Of a DNA stretch of 64,000 bases, positions 45,671 to 58,530 are shown one piece after another. The stretch comes from Octopus vulgaris. Lineage: Eukaryota. The stretch spans positions 23,622,001 to 23,686,000 of the forward strand of contig OX597817.1 of NCBI GenBank assembly GCA_951406725.2, read 5' to 3'. Numbering within the stretch: position 1 is the first letter of the stretch; every line of letters starts with the position of its first letter. The notes below the pieces were generated by a model. That model saw only the letters and a program-made list of their open reading frames with translations. It did no database searches and was not told the DNA's origin. Both the position numbers and the translations under genes were made by a program.

Positions 45671-45765
45671 ATACATATATATATATATATATACATGTAT
45701 ATACATATATATATTTACATATATATATACATATATATAAATATATATATTTATATACATATATA

Positions 45766-45821
<56 letters not shown>

Positions 45822-45825
<4 letters not shown>

Positions 45826-46550
45826 TGAGGGTACTACTATTCGTAGATACCAACACGCTAAGAGGGACCAATGCAGTCAAAACTACTAAAAATAAACAAA
45901 ATTTTACCGAATGCAAAACTTCAAAACACGTCATTTTAAAAAAGAATTCGGTTACATATCACATGTGATTTCGCATTTAATGCAGAATATGCATTTCATG
46001 TTCATCAGTGCAACAAACTCAAGAAATATAAGAGAAAACATAACATTACAAGCTCGATAGCCAACCGTAGAATTCGTCGTAGCATGTACGAATGTTTATC
46101 TTTACATATCTATGAAAATGGCGGGCTTATTCGCAATGCATTTCGGTAACAAATTGTCTAGTCGGAATAAAAATTCAGTATTGAACTATTCCGGTGAAAA
46201 ATATAAATTAACAATTGAGGATAAAATCTTAAAAAGAAATTATCAGTAGTCAGCGTGAAAAACCTCGTAAGAGAAAAAATCCGTAAATTCTTCCTCTTTG
46301 AAAATATTCATTTATATTATATTGAGGGTACTACTATTCGTAGATACCAACACGCTAAGAGGGACCAATGCAGTCAAAACTACTAAAAATAAACAAAATT
46401 TTACCGAATGCAAAACTTCAAAACACATCATTTTAAAAAAGAATTTGGAATATTTTCAAAGAGGAAGAATTTACGGATTTTTTCTCTTACGAGGTTTTTC
46501 ACGCTAACTACTGATAATTTCTTTTTAAGATTTTATCCTCAATTGTTAAT
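45822..46550. repeat. Composite A...B'-A-B structure (direct repeat plus inverted repeat)
   Basis: A (~125 nt) at 45822-45948 and 46319-46446; B (~103 nt) at 46448-46550 with its reverse complement at 46207-46309. Confidence 0.9.
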
Positions 46551-46666
46551 ATATATATATATATATATATTCAATATATATATGCATTCAATATGTGGGC
46601 GCGTGTGTATCCTTGGCCATTTTTGTCCTCCGTCTTCCCTTCCTTGATTATCTTTCCTTTTTCTAT

Positions 46667-46700
46667 GTTTCTGACGAAGAGCTCCGATCGAAACGTTAAA
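46667..46700 (+). ncRNA. Minimal hammerhead-like motif in a solo Penelope-type terminal repeat (46590-46800)
   Basis: UUU-CUGACGA-A-GAGC-ucc-GAUC-GAA-ACGU-U-AAA; one stem II mismatch; homologous to 51859-51894. Confidence 0.6.
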
Positions 46701-46816
46701 TCCTCCTTCTTTCTTTCCTTTCCTGAGCGTCCAATGACACTATACTTGTTCCACTCCTCGTGTTGTGTTTTCTCTTTATGTTTTCATGTTTGGATTAACT
46801 ATATATATATGTATAT

Positions 46817-46852
<36 letters not shown>

Positions 46853-47302
46853 GCGTGTGTGAGTAAATGTGTATGTATATATGTATTTATAAAAGCAACT
46901 GGGCGGTCTAGCATCTAACTTTGTGATTGAAAACTAAACCAAAGATAGAACTGAACGTCACTTTTTAGAACCAAATGCCGATCTCTAACATTTAAAGTCA
47001 TGGTATAATAATTGAAGAGCTTAAATTTGAAGGACACACAGCTTTTTCATACTTCATGCAGCACAAAATATCAGAGATCAACAAAGCGAAGTTACGGCTG
47101 TGTTAAAAATACATTTGAACGCATTTATTTAAAAAAAAAAGACTACTTTGTCTTATTCACCATAACCAAACACAAAGAGAGACGTATAAATTAGCTAGTG
47201 GTAGAACTTCTAGGGCGACCACTACTTCTGGCTGGAACATGTATAAGGAAATGACAGTAAAAGTATGTAAACGTACACACAAACAACACAGACATGTATG
47301 TA

Positions 47303-47359
<57 letters not shown>

Positions 47360-47564
47360 GTATGTATATATATATATATATGTGTATATATATATACATC
47401 TATATATATATATATATGTGTGTGTGTATGTATGTATGTATATATATGTGTGTGTGTGTATGCGTGTTTGAATGCAAACGCATAGATACACATACACATT
47501 CATATACACACGCACACACATTCACGCGCACATGCACACGAACGCACACACATACTCACACTCC

Positions 47565-47596
<32 letters not shown>

Positions 47597-47894
47597 TATG
47601 CATGGGCAGCAATGTGTGTATGTTTATGTAAAGTGACACTGAAATATAGATATTGTGTAAATTATGCAAGAAAATCGAGATCATCTTAGCACCATCTATT
47701 TCGGTTTTGCTACTGTAACACAAGGGAATATATTTTCTGTGAGACTTCAAGCACTAATTAACACCATCCTTTTCTGTTCCTTCTTAACCATTATAGTCAT
47801 CATGATCCGGACGATGATCAACATCAGCATCATCTAAATTTTGGTTTTTTCCCCCCTCTTGCGTCATCTTTGCTTTACATCGATGCTCTTGTTG

Positions 47895-47993
<99 letters not shown>

Positions 47994-48179
47994 CATTATT
48001 ATTATTATCATCATTATCGTTTTCTTGCGATTCTTTTATTGCTTCACCTCATCGTTTGCTTGGTATTATTGCTGGCGTCATTAGAGTTATTATTAACATT
48101 ACCATCATTGCTATAGCTATGACCATCAATATCCTCGTCCTTATTATCATCATCATCATCGTCATCATCATTATTATTA

Positions 48180-48234
<55 letters not shown>

Positions 48235-49995
48235 CACTGTTGGTTATCAGCCAAAATGGCGTGTTTTAATTACACCATCTTCAGTAACATAAAGCACCGA
48301 ACTAAACGTGCGTGCAGCAGGATAAAGAACAGAGATTTTCGTTTCCTTCATTCGACTGATGCGAAAAATAAAAGAAAATATAAGAGCCGTACTGAGGTAT
48401 TAGCCAGAGATAACACTTTAATTACGCAAAAGTTCTAGTTATATTCATTTGGAAACAAGACGTTCGAATTGGCAGTAGCCAGAAAATAAAAGTCATAAAA
48501 TAAATAAAAGATGTTTACTTGTAATTCTGTCTCTTTGAAAGTTGAATCAATTCAGTTATGTAATTTCGAAGAAGGAATATACATCACCCACGAAAAGAAT
48601 TTTCCCCTTTCCAGTCTCTTTTTCGAAATGCGCCGCCTTCGTAATAAACCCACACATACAAATACAGTTACAGACACAGGTATACGTACACTCACACATA
48701 CACATATATAAGAAGGTAAGGCGCAGGTATGCCGGAGTGGGAAAGAAGTTTCCTTCACAATCACGAGGCCAGGTTCGATACCACACTGCAATCATATACT
48801 ATGGAATAACTAATTTCATGTTCAAATACTTTTATGATGAGTCTTTTACTAGATAATTACGCATTCTAAGTTTGCTGATCTGAAAATACAACAACCTACT
48901 GAACAATCTCCATATTGTCTCTAATAAAGTCCGCGTTGATCATTCCAGATTTTCGAAGGGCCGTTGCGTAACATCATCTTCAAATTTCAAAAAGTATGAT
49001 ATTGAATCTGAAATATCCGTTGAAACAAACTTCCTGGTTATAGATTTATTTCAGTTGAAATCACCAAACAGCGTGGCAGCAAATTCAATGCTCTTCTTTA
49101 TTGATTGACTTCACGACTATAGGATATCAAGCAGGCCACTGCCGAATTAAAAATGACTAAATTTTCATCATCGTCAAAAATGTTAATACCCTCTAAAAAC
49201 ACTGCTTGTACATCGCTGCGTTTGCCATTTTTCCATCGACATTTCTTGACCATTTAAAAATCTTTTTATCATTCAAAATATTTATCCCATATGCTTTAAT
49301 CAATTTAATTTATTGGCAAGTAGAAAATATTTTTCTAGCATATTATATTAGGAGAATACATATAACTGTTATTGATGTATTTTATATTCACTCTTTAGCA
49401 TGTAGTTATATTTTTCTACAAATTCATTTCTATATTCGCCCACAGACAATACTTTCGGCGTATATCTGACTAAATACATCTTCCTGCTGTGACATTTGAC
49501 CGAGTGATTAGACTAAATACATTTTTATGTATGTTTTCTTTGCAGCAGAGGAATTTCACGTATTTACGGTTGAACAAGTTTCATTTTACCGCATAAGACC
49601 TAAATATAATAAAATCATGGAGCCTTAGAAGAGGAGAAATTTCACTGTGAAACGATTCGCGTGAGAAAATGAGTTGTAGATGATAGATATTGTCATGCAG
49701 GCTTTGTTTCGTTTAAAATCCAAGACAGAATGCAGATAGCTTTGCGCTCGCGTTATATTAATATCATAGAAAGGGGATTTACATTTTACTGCGACGTTAA
49801 ATACAGATGGGTATGACTAACCAATAACACACCCACTCCTTGCACCCGCACTAATATATCATATATATGTATATGCGAATATATATATATATACATGTGT
49901 GTGTGTGTGTATGTATTTATGTATGTATGTAAGTATGTCTGCATATATGTGTGTGTTAAATGTAGTAACGGTTCGAGTGACATTTCTGTAGACAA

Positions 49996-50069
<74 letters not shown>

Positions 50070-50459
50070 TAATAATAATAATTATAATATTTATAAGCTT
50101 AAAGTCTATATTCGATCACCGTGTATTGCCTTACGATAATAATCTTATATTGGGGCTCATTCGCGATAAGAGTGCTAATTATTACACCAAGAACTGTAAT
50201 TTTCTAGCAGACTTATCACGAATATAAGTGATGTTGGTTCGGTTCTCATGCTTACGGAAAACCCACTTTTTTTCCGTCGCAGGCGTATATGCCTCAATAT
50301 TAGACTATTTTCCTCAGTTAATGCACGGTGGTCACTTATAAGCTTCAAGCTTATAAATATTATAATTATTTACAGAGTATATATTTATGTATATGTATAT
50401 ATATCAATATCTATATCTATCTATCTATATATATATATATATATATATATGTGTGCGTG

Positions 50460-50498
50460 TGTGTATGGTCGCTACATAGACGACTGTATAGGCGCCAT

Positions 50499-50530
<32 letters not shown>

Positions 50531-51601
50531 TTTACGTCTACCATCTCTCACACCTCGGTTAACTTCCAAGATATCTCTCTTATTATTGACCTCCCTTCCC
50601 ACACGCTCACCATCTCCGCAACTCTACCTCAACTTCTACCTCCTAACTCTACCTCAACTTCTCCTCTTCCCATCCCTCCCACACCAAACGGGCCATCCAC
50701 TACTCCTAGTTCCTCCGCCTTCGACGCTTGTGCAGCCGGAAGCAGGATTTCGCGACCCAGTCCCAGTATCTTGCCCGCCTGTTCATCCATCGAGGTTTAC
50801 CCTCAACCCTTGTCCAAACCGCCCTTGCCCGCGCTCGTCGAAACGATCACACCACCGTCCTCTCTCCTTCCCCACACCAATCCTCTAACCGCAACCCTTT
50901 CTCCTCCTTTTCCAACCTTCCACCGTACCCATCGTCGGAGGCTCCTATGGGCCTTCCGATGTCTCCATCTAGATCCCACCGCCCGCCTCATTTTCTCTAA
51001 CCCACCCTTGTCTTCCTTTCAACGTGGCCGAAACGTAGCACCTTCTCTTTCCTTCCCGTGCTCCATATCCCGCTGTCACACCTGCCCTTTCATCACATAC
51101 ACACACATACACAAGCACACACAACACATATACACGCACACACAACACATACATACACGCACACACATACACACACGCACACGCGCACACACTCACAGAA
51201 ATGCACACATAACTAACACACAGCTCTACTCACACACATACACACACACATGCACACATAAACACACGCACACATACATGCGCATACATATAAACTCACA
51301 CATACCTCCAACACACACTCATACATACACACACACAATTACACATACATGGACATAAACACACACGCACATACACATACATGGACGCCCACACACACAC
51401 AGAAGAACACACATATACTCCACAGACAAAATCCGGCACACAACCCAACGCACACACTTACACACACACAAATACGCACACATTCTTCTACGTAAATGTG
51501 AAGAGACACACTACACAATAGACAGTCACTCTTACTACTAAATACTTCCTACATTAAGCGACACGAAGTTCACTCACACATGCACATATAAGCAGCCAAA
51601 A

Positions 51602-51637
<36 letters not shown>

Positions 51638-52110
51638 CACATACACACATATACGCACACACACGGGCTAATACACACACAGACCAGCGCGCACGCTTAT
51701 ACCCACACATACGCACACATATCTCCTTCTCTTACACTCTCCTGTCTTAGAAAGTACTTTTTCTTCACCCATTCCTTTCCGGTCATTTGAAAATGTAACC
51801 ACATGTGCATCTTTGGCGATTTTCTTCCTCCGTCTTACCTTTTATTGCACTTTCCTCTGTTTTCGAAGAAGAGCGTCTGCTCGAAACGTTAAACCATCTT
51901 TCTTTTCCTGAGTGTCTGCTAATACATTACATGTACCACGTCCTCACGTTGTTGTTTTTTGTCTTTGTTTTTTTTAACTTATTATACATACATGCATACA
52001 TACAAACATATATATATATATATATAACTCCAAATGGCCCGTCCTTGTTTTTTCTTGTCCCTTTTTTGTATCATGTCTGGATGTTTAGCGTTCTTGTTCC
52101 ATTTTTGGTA
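50460..52110 (+). mobile_element. Penelope-like element remnant with a microsatellite-filled interior and 3' terminal repeat
   Basis: YGRYIDDCIGA; HTKRAI...FLRLRRLCS; PCSISRCHTCPFI; terminal segment with hammerhead-like GUUU-ucGAAGA-A-GAGC-gucu-GCUC-GAAACGUU-AAAC at 51859-51894. Confidence 0.75.
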
Positions 52111-52125
52111 TTCCTTGATACGTAC

Positions 52126-52200
<75 letters not shown>

Positions 52201-52439
52201 CATACATACATACATACATACATACATGCATACATGCATACATATCTGGTACTATCGCATTTAACGTATGAAATAAAAAGATTTATATGTTAACACTTTG
52301 TACGGAGTTTCTGTCCCACCAACGCTGATTGTTGAAATCCACCAGAGACAAGACAAATATCCTGCTGCATAAAGACATACATGCTGTAAATTCGGCAACA
52401 AGATTCTGATCAGTTCTCTATCGCTTTCTATCTCTCTCT

Positions 52440-52497
<58 letters not shown>

Positions 52498-55454
52498 GTA
52501 TATGTATATATATGCATATATACATACCCACACACACATATAATCATACATATGTGCAAGTGAGTCTATGCTTGTGTGTTATGTGAGGCATGTATGTATT
52601 TATGTAAGTATATATATATGAAAATATGTATGTATGTAGACACCACTATATCTTTGAATTTGTATGCACATACTTAGACATGTCTGAGAGACTGCGTGTG
52701 TAATATGTTGGCCGACAATCTGTTTTTAGATGTGGCGGTAGAGCGAATGAAAACCACTTTGATATTCAGATATATCGTAACTATTTGTTCCGGCAGTGAT
52801 TTTTTTCTATGTAATCCCAATACTTTAAGTCTCTCACTCAAACAGACTCGAGGGAATTAGTCATGGCTCACTATGTTTATGACAGTAATTACAATGCCCT
52901 ATCACGTGAGTCGATGATTTGCTGATGAACGATATGGTCGTGAAACTAGCCAATTAGTGAGTAGACGGGCGGTTAGCAGCTTTGGCAATTTGCCACGAGA
53001 CACATGAATCTTGGAGTGCGATATTTGCTGCGCAGGTTGTGAGATTATGTCCTCTGTATATGTGTCTGATAGTGTGCAGGTGTGTGTGTGTGTGCTTGTG
53101 TGTATGTATGTATGTATGTATGTATGTATGTATGTATGTATGTATGTATGTATGTATGTGTGTACGTGAGTGTATACGTATGTGTTGATGTTTGTATGCA
53201 TTGAATTTGTTATCGGTGTACACGTGTGAAAGAACGATAGGTAGAGAGAATAACTGTCTGTGTGTGTGCTTGCGCGCATGTATGAGTGGCCACGCATGCG
53301 GTGCATAATAACAAGAGCAACTACAAACATGAGATGCTGAAATGTCATGCATATATGTGTGTGTCTCTCATAATATATATGCCTGTAGATGTATGTGTAT
53401 TCTTTTCTCTTAGGTCTCACACTGGTTCTCTCAGAACTATACATATATATATTTATCTATTAGAAAACATTCGTTAGTATTTATCTTATTTCCAGTTACT
53501 TTATAATAGTATTTCAATTTTGTGCATCATTTGTATTTGATAATTTGTTCTCACTGTTAAGGCCAACAAAATTCTCCCCACCCTTGTATCTTAGATCCCT
53601 TACTATCCTGCTGCATAATCCATATAACATTGTTATCCTGTAGTACGTAGGACAACCAAACGATTAAATCTTTACACGGCCGATCGATTAACTGAATGCA
53701 ATTATCCCAAATCATAAGGAGAATACAGGAGGCGGTCGAAAAAGCCAGCTTCTATATATAGCTGAAGCGGGAAGACCAAAAATGGCTTGAAAGTCATAAC
53801 ATGCCGGCAGGAAAATAACACCACTAGCTGAGACAGGCTGACACTGAAGTAGCTTCGCTGATTGACAGATGACGGTTTCGTTTAGAGAATGCGTGGGCTA
53901 AGACTACGCGCCCTCCATTTGTCAGTTAAAGTTGAGACAGTGTCACTTGACAACTTGGTGGGGCTGCCTGCTGGAGCCTTGCAGCAGGTATTTAAAGAGA
54001 AATTTGAGAAGACAGGCAGTCCCCCGCTGACACTCGTTGACGCTACATCGAAGAGGCCAGGGAACAGAAGAAAGAAGGAGAGAGAAGACATGCGCTCAAC
54101 AGAGCTGAAGGCACCTCCGAAATGGGGGGAGGTGCCACGTCAAAACGGTAGAGGAGTAGGGTCCGAAACCGGAAGTGGTTTCTCCTGATGATATCTTGAG
54201 CTAACTGCATCCTGTAAAGGAGCTGTTGTGGTAGCAGACCATGAAACATGGTTGAAATTCCTCGACAAAGGAAGTTGATACCGCATGAAATAAATTTTAG
54301 GTATTTATAAAACACAGAATGGTCTTTACCTTAACATCTGTCACCAATGCTTTGCTCAGCGATTTCAACAGAACAGAGTGTTAATATATGTATTGATTAT
54401 AAGCTTCACCGCCATGATAATGTGAAGTATTTTTTAAATATTGTTCATCCTTCCGGAGAAATTATTAAAACAGTTGTACTTTATAGAAATATACGCTTTT
54501 AGATTATTTTTCTTCTTTTTCATGACCAAAGTATATAAAATGCTGCTTGTAATTCCATAGGCATTGAATTGAATTGCAGATATTGTAACTGATTTCTCTT
54601 TTTCCATATCTGATTTCTCTTGTGTCAACATTGAGTTATAAGGACCAGGTAATTCAGCTATACTCTACAAGAGAATAACAGAACAAATGAGTATATATAT
54701 ATTTATATATATAGGTAGGTAGGTGTGTGTGTGTGTGTCTGTGTGAGTGTTTAAGTGTATGTATGCATGCACGTTAGAATGTGCTTGTGAGCTTGCATAA
54801 GTATATATTCATAAATGTATATATACATACATAAACACATGCAGACACACATCCGTACATACACACATACACACAAGCATGCACACACACACGTGCGCAG
54901 GCAAACGAATTTGCACATACGCACACAGTGCAGATAAATAAAGAGAAGAGATGCAGAAAAGACAGAAAGGAGAAAGAGTGAGAGGGAAAAAGACAGAAAA
55001 TAAAAATAAAAACTCGCCGCTTTACAATCTTCACTCTGTAACCCCTTCTGTGAATACTATTTACCCCAAGATGGATCATCGAGCTATCCAGGACACCTGC
55101 TATCAAACATCGTTTCTATAATACTAAGCTGTTGAAAGAAATTCGGATGTTTAAATTCAATAAACGTAATAGGAATATTTACACTTTCATTACAATAGTT
55201 GCTTAAATGATGACAGTTGTAAACATAAGCGAAAATAAAATCATTGGATAATTAGTGAAGAGTGCCTTCTGTGTATATAACATATTGTTATATAGTGGCT
55301 ACTATAATTAATGTGGTCAACCGTAAATAATTGTTTATTCAATTGATGTTAGAAACGCTAAGAAAAGAAATATCATTGGCTTTAGTTAAATTCCTGTTGA
55401 AAGGTGGAAAGGAAAATACTCAATAAAATTTAATTGATCAGAAAATGAATAGTT

Positions 55455-55541
55455 ATAGACATAAGTTGAATGTGTTGTTAGATAGAGATAGACATAAGTT
55501 GAATGTGTTGTTAGATAGAGATAGACATAAGCTGAATGTGT
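55455..55541. repeat. ~34-bp tandem repeat, ~2.6 copies
   Basis: ATAGACATAAGTTGAATGTGTTGTTAGATAGAG repeated. Confidence 0.9.
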
Positions 55542-55942
55542 GATTTATCAGCAGCTATGGTAAACAGTTCACAAATATTTGCTTTATGGAATAAGCTTAG
55601 GAGGCCTATACCAATAAACAATTTGCAGCTACCAAGACCACTAAGATGACCGGTACATATAGTATTTTGATTGCAAAATTATTAAGAGATTAAACATATT
55701 AAAATATTAACACTGAAACATTTCTCAGGAGTGGCACCTGAATGCCTTCAAGTGCTTCGTTTGATTGTGTTTACATATCTGTTTTGCTGCTGAGTGCAGG
55801 TTAGTATACTTAAGGTGTTCAGCTAAAAGTAATTTTTAGTCAGTTAAAATGGTAACAGTAATGAGAAGAACATTAACGTTAAATAAAATCACTCTCATAA
55901 GGAGTAAAGATTATCGTGAAGCGGTGAAAGCCTTTTGTTTCA

Positions 55943-55997
<55 letters not shown>

Positions 55998-56017
55998 TTG
56001 TTATCTGGTGTTACATG

Positions 56018-56050
<33 letters not shown>

Positions 56051-56216
56051 TGATATATATACGGGTGTGTGTGATTGTGTATAGAAGAATATATTAAAAA
56101 AAGGAATTCCAACCTTGTCTGATTTTCACGTTTTATTTACAATCTTATAATGATATAATATAAGCTAATATAATATAATAAAATGAAATAAAATAATGTT
56201 AAATGTTCATTCTGAT

Positions 56217-56261
56217 TGAACTAGTACTTTCATGCATTAAATTCTGCAATCTTCAGGTTCA
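56217..56261 (-). ncRNA. Minimal type I hammerhead ribozyme in the 3' terminal region of the Penelope-like element
   Basis: Reverse complement: UGAAC-CUGAAGA-U-UGCA-gaauuuaa-UGCA-U-GAA-AGUACU-A-GUUCA; intact core, 5-bp stem I, palindromic stem III; same strand as the ORF. Confidence 0.85.
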
Positions 56262-56731
56262 TGTAGTAGTGGTGAGAGTCATGAATCACAATTTTTTACT
56301 GTAGCGAGAAGATTAAATCTGTGCCTTAAGTACAGCTGTGTAGGCTCCAGATTGCTAGGTTTTGAAAACTGTATTCTGACCAATCAGTGTGTAGTATCAC
56401 TCAATTACTTATGCTGATTGGTTTAGGCGTCACGCTTTGTTGAACATGTCATGAGTCCTGTATCTTAACCCTGGCCGAGGCAGCAATTGTTGGGCTATTT
56501 TTAGAAATGTTGTAAATAGCCTTTGTCAGGGATTTTTTATATTTCAATTGTCATCATCATCATTGTCAGCACCTTAATTATTGTTGCTAGTGGTGATGGT
56601 GGTGGCAATAGAACTTTTAACCCTAAATAAGATAATTTTCCTGCTATCTTCATCTTGATCACCTTTAGTATTGTTGTTGTTGTTAGTGGTCATGGTCGTA
56701 GCAGTAGAAGTAGTACCTCTAAGTATTATTA

Positions 56732-57673
56732 TTATTGCTTATTTAGCTTGGGTTCGAATTTATCAATAAAATTTTTTTCTCTGATTTTCCTCTCGATTTG
56801 ACTTGGGCTGTGTAATTTGTAGAATGGAAATATTATATATATTTTCCGACCACATGCTGCTAGGTGGTTACTCAAAGGTATCTGACGGACATCTGGGTCT
56901 CTAATCTTTTGTCGGTGTACACGTGAGCGTTCTGATAGTGCATTTCCCGTCTGACCTACATATATATATATTTCTTCACAATTTGGGCATTTGATGCAGT
57001 AAATTAAATTTCTGCTTTTGCAGTTCATATTTGTGAATATTTTCCCGGTTTTTGTGTTTATATATTGGCCGGTATGTATGAAATGGCATGTGCCACATCG
57101 GCTATCATTGCATTTAGATACAGTGAATGTTTGGTCTTTGTTGCTAAGGTCAAATTTTGCCTTTGTTAGTAATTTTTTCAAGTTTTTAGGCTCTCTTTTA
57201 CTAAGAACCATAGCTCGATCCGTGATTATGTCTTTTAATTCATTATTTTGAGCAATGATTTGTAGGTTTGCTTTGGCAATGTTGAAGATATTCTGGTGAC
57301 ATGGGTTGTGTGTCACTATGAATGGTATGACTTGTTCTTGTTTTCCTCTTCCTTGGGCTGTCCTAAGTTGTTGTATGGGTATTTTTATAGCCTGCTGTAT
57401 GCCATTTTCTATAAGTAGAGATGGGTATTTTAGTTTGAGCAAAAATTCTCTTAGTTCTGTTAGGCGTTTGTTCCTGATATTTGCATCTTCTATAATGGTA
57501 CAAATTCTTCTGGCTAGGCAGTATGGGATGTTGCGTTTTGTATGTGGCGGATGGCACGATTTAAAATTCAGGTATTGATGTGTGTCTGTGTGTTTATAGT
57601 ATATATCTGTGGTGATGGTGGTGTCTTTTTTAATTACCATTATATTTAGGAATGGTAATTTGGTACTACTCAT
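56732..57673 (-). pseudogene. PLE RT thumb, Zn-finger linker and GIY-YIG endonuclease
   Basis: LPFLNI, TDIYYKHTDTHQYL, SCHPPHTKRNIPY, CNDSRCGTC, NLIYCIKCPNC...YVGQTG...ERSRVH. Confidence 0.92.
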
Positions 57674-58530
57674 CTCCTTTTAAATTGGAGAGATGGGTGT
57701 AGGTTGTTCAGGAGGATATTGAACTCTTCCAGAGTATTTAGAGATCCTGTCCAGATTATGAAACAGTCGTCAAGGTATCTCTTCCATGCCTTTTCAATAT
57801 GCTTTCTAAATCCAGTGCCATAGTTTACCTCCACCTCTTGGTAGAGTTGTTGTTCTAAGTATCCCATTACAGAGTTGGCGTAAACGGGAGCAAACCTCGT
57901 TCCCATCGCCGTGCCTCTAATTTGGATGTAATTCTTTCCATTGAAGAAGAATGTGTTGTTTTCTAGAATAAGTTTGACTGTGTCTAATATAAATGGCACT
58001 GTGAATCTGCTGGGAATCACTTCTCTATGTTTTTCTAACCTGTATTTAATCGCCTTTATTCCTAAATCGTGTGGAATATTGGTGTAGAGGCTTACCACAT
58101 CAAAACTTAGTAAAACTGAATTTGTTTCTGTTGTTTTGGGAAGATGGGACAGGAAGTCAAGGTCATCCCTGATGAAACAGAGTATGTAAGTACATAGTGG
58201 TTTCAAAACAATGTCAATAAAATTGCTTAGACGGTGGGTAGGGCATGCTGGACCAGCTATAATAGGTCTAAGTTTTAGGTCTTTTGGATGTAGTAATTTT
58301 ATGTACTCACTTTCTTGTTCTTTTACTGCCTGTTGAATATCTTTTGATTTATGTATTTTTGGTAAGCCGTAGAAGTTGCTGGGTTTTGGTTCGAAATTGG
58401 TGACGTAGTCTCTTTCATTATCGGTAAGTGAGTTGTGTTTTGAGATCAGGTTGTTGATCTTTTTCATGATGTGGTGGTCTATATTTGAGGGTATTTCACA
58501 ATATAAGGTTGTTTCCTTCAGTTGGTTCTC
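57670..58530 (-). pseudogene. PLE reverse transcriptase (frameshift at ~57670)
   Basis: FYGLPKIHK, LRPII, SFDVVSLYTNIP, QIRGTAMGTRFAP, WKRYLDDCF. Confidence 0.92.

Larger units (their letters stand above)
56090..58530 (-). mobile_element. Penelope-like retroelement (probably Neptune-type, Cys-rich linker), 5'-truncated
   Basis: RT and GIY-YIG reading frames followed by a 3' UTR with a hammerhead and an AATAAA motif; the 5' end abuts a TA/CA microsatellite. Confidence 0.92.
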
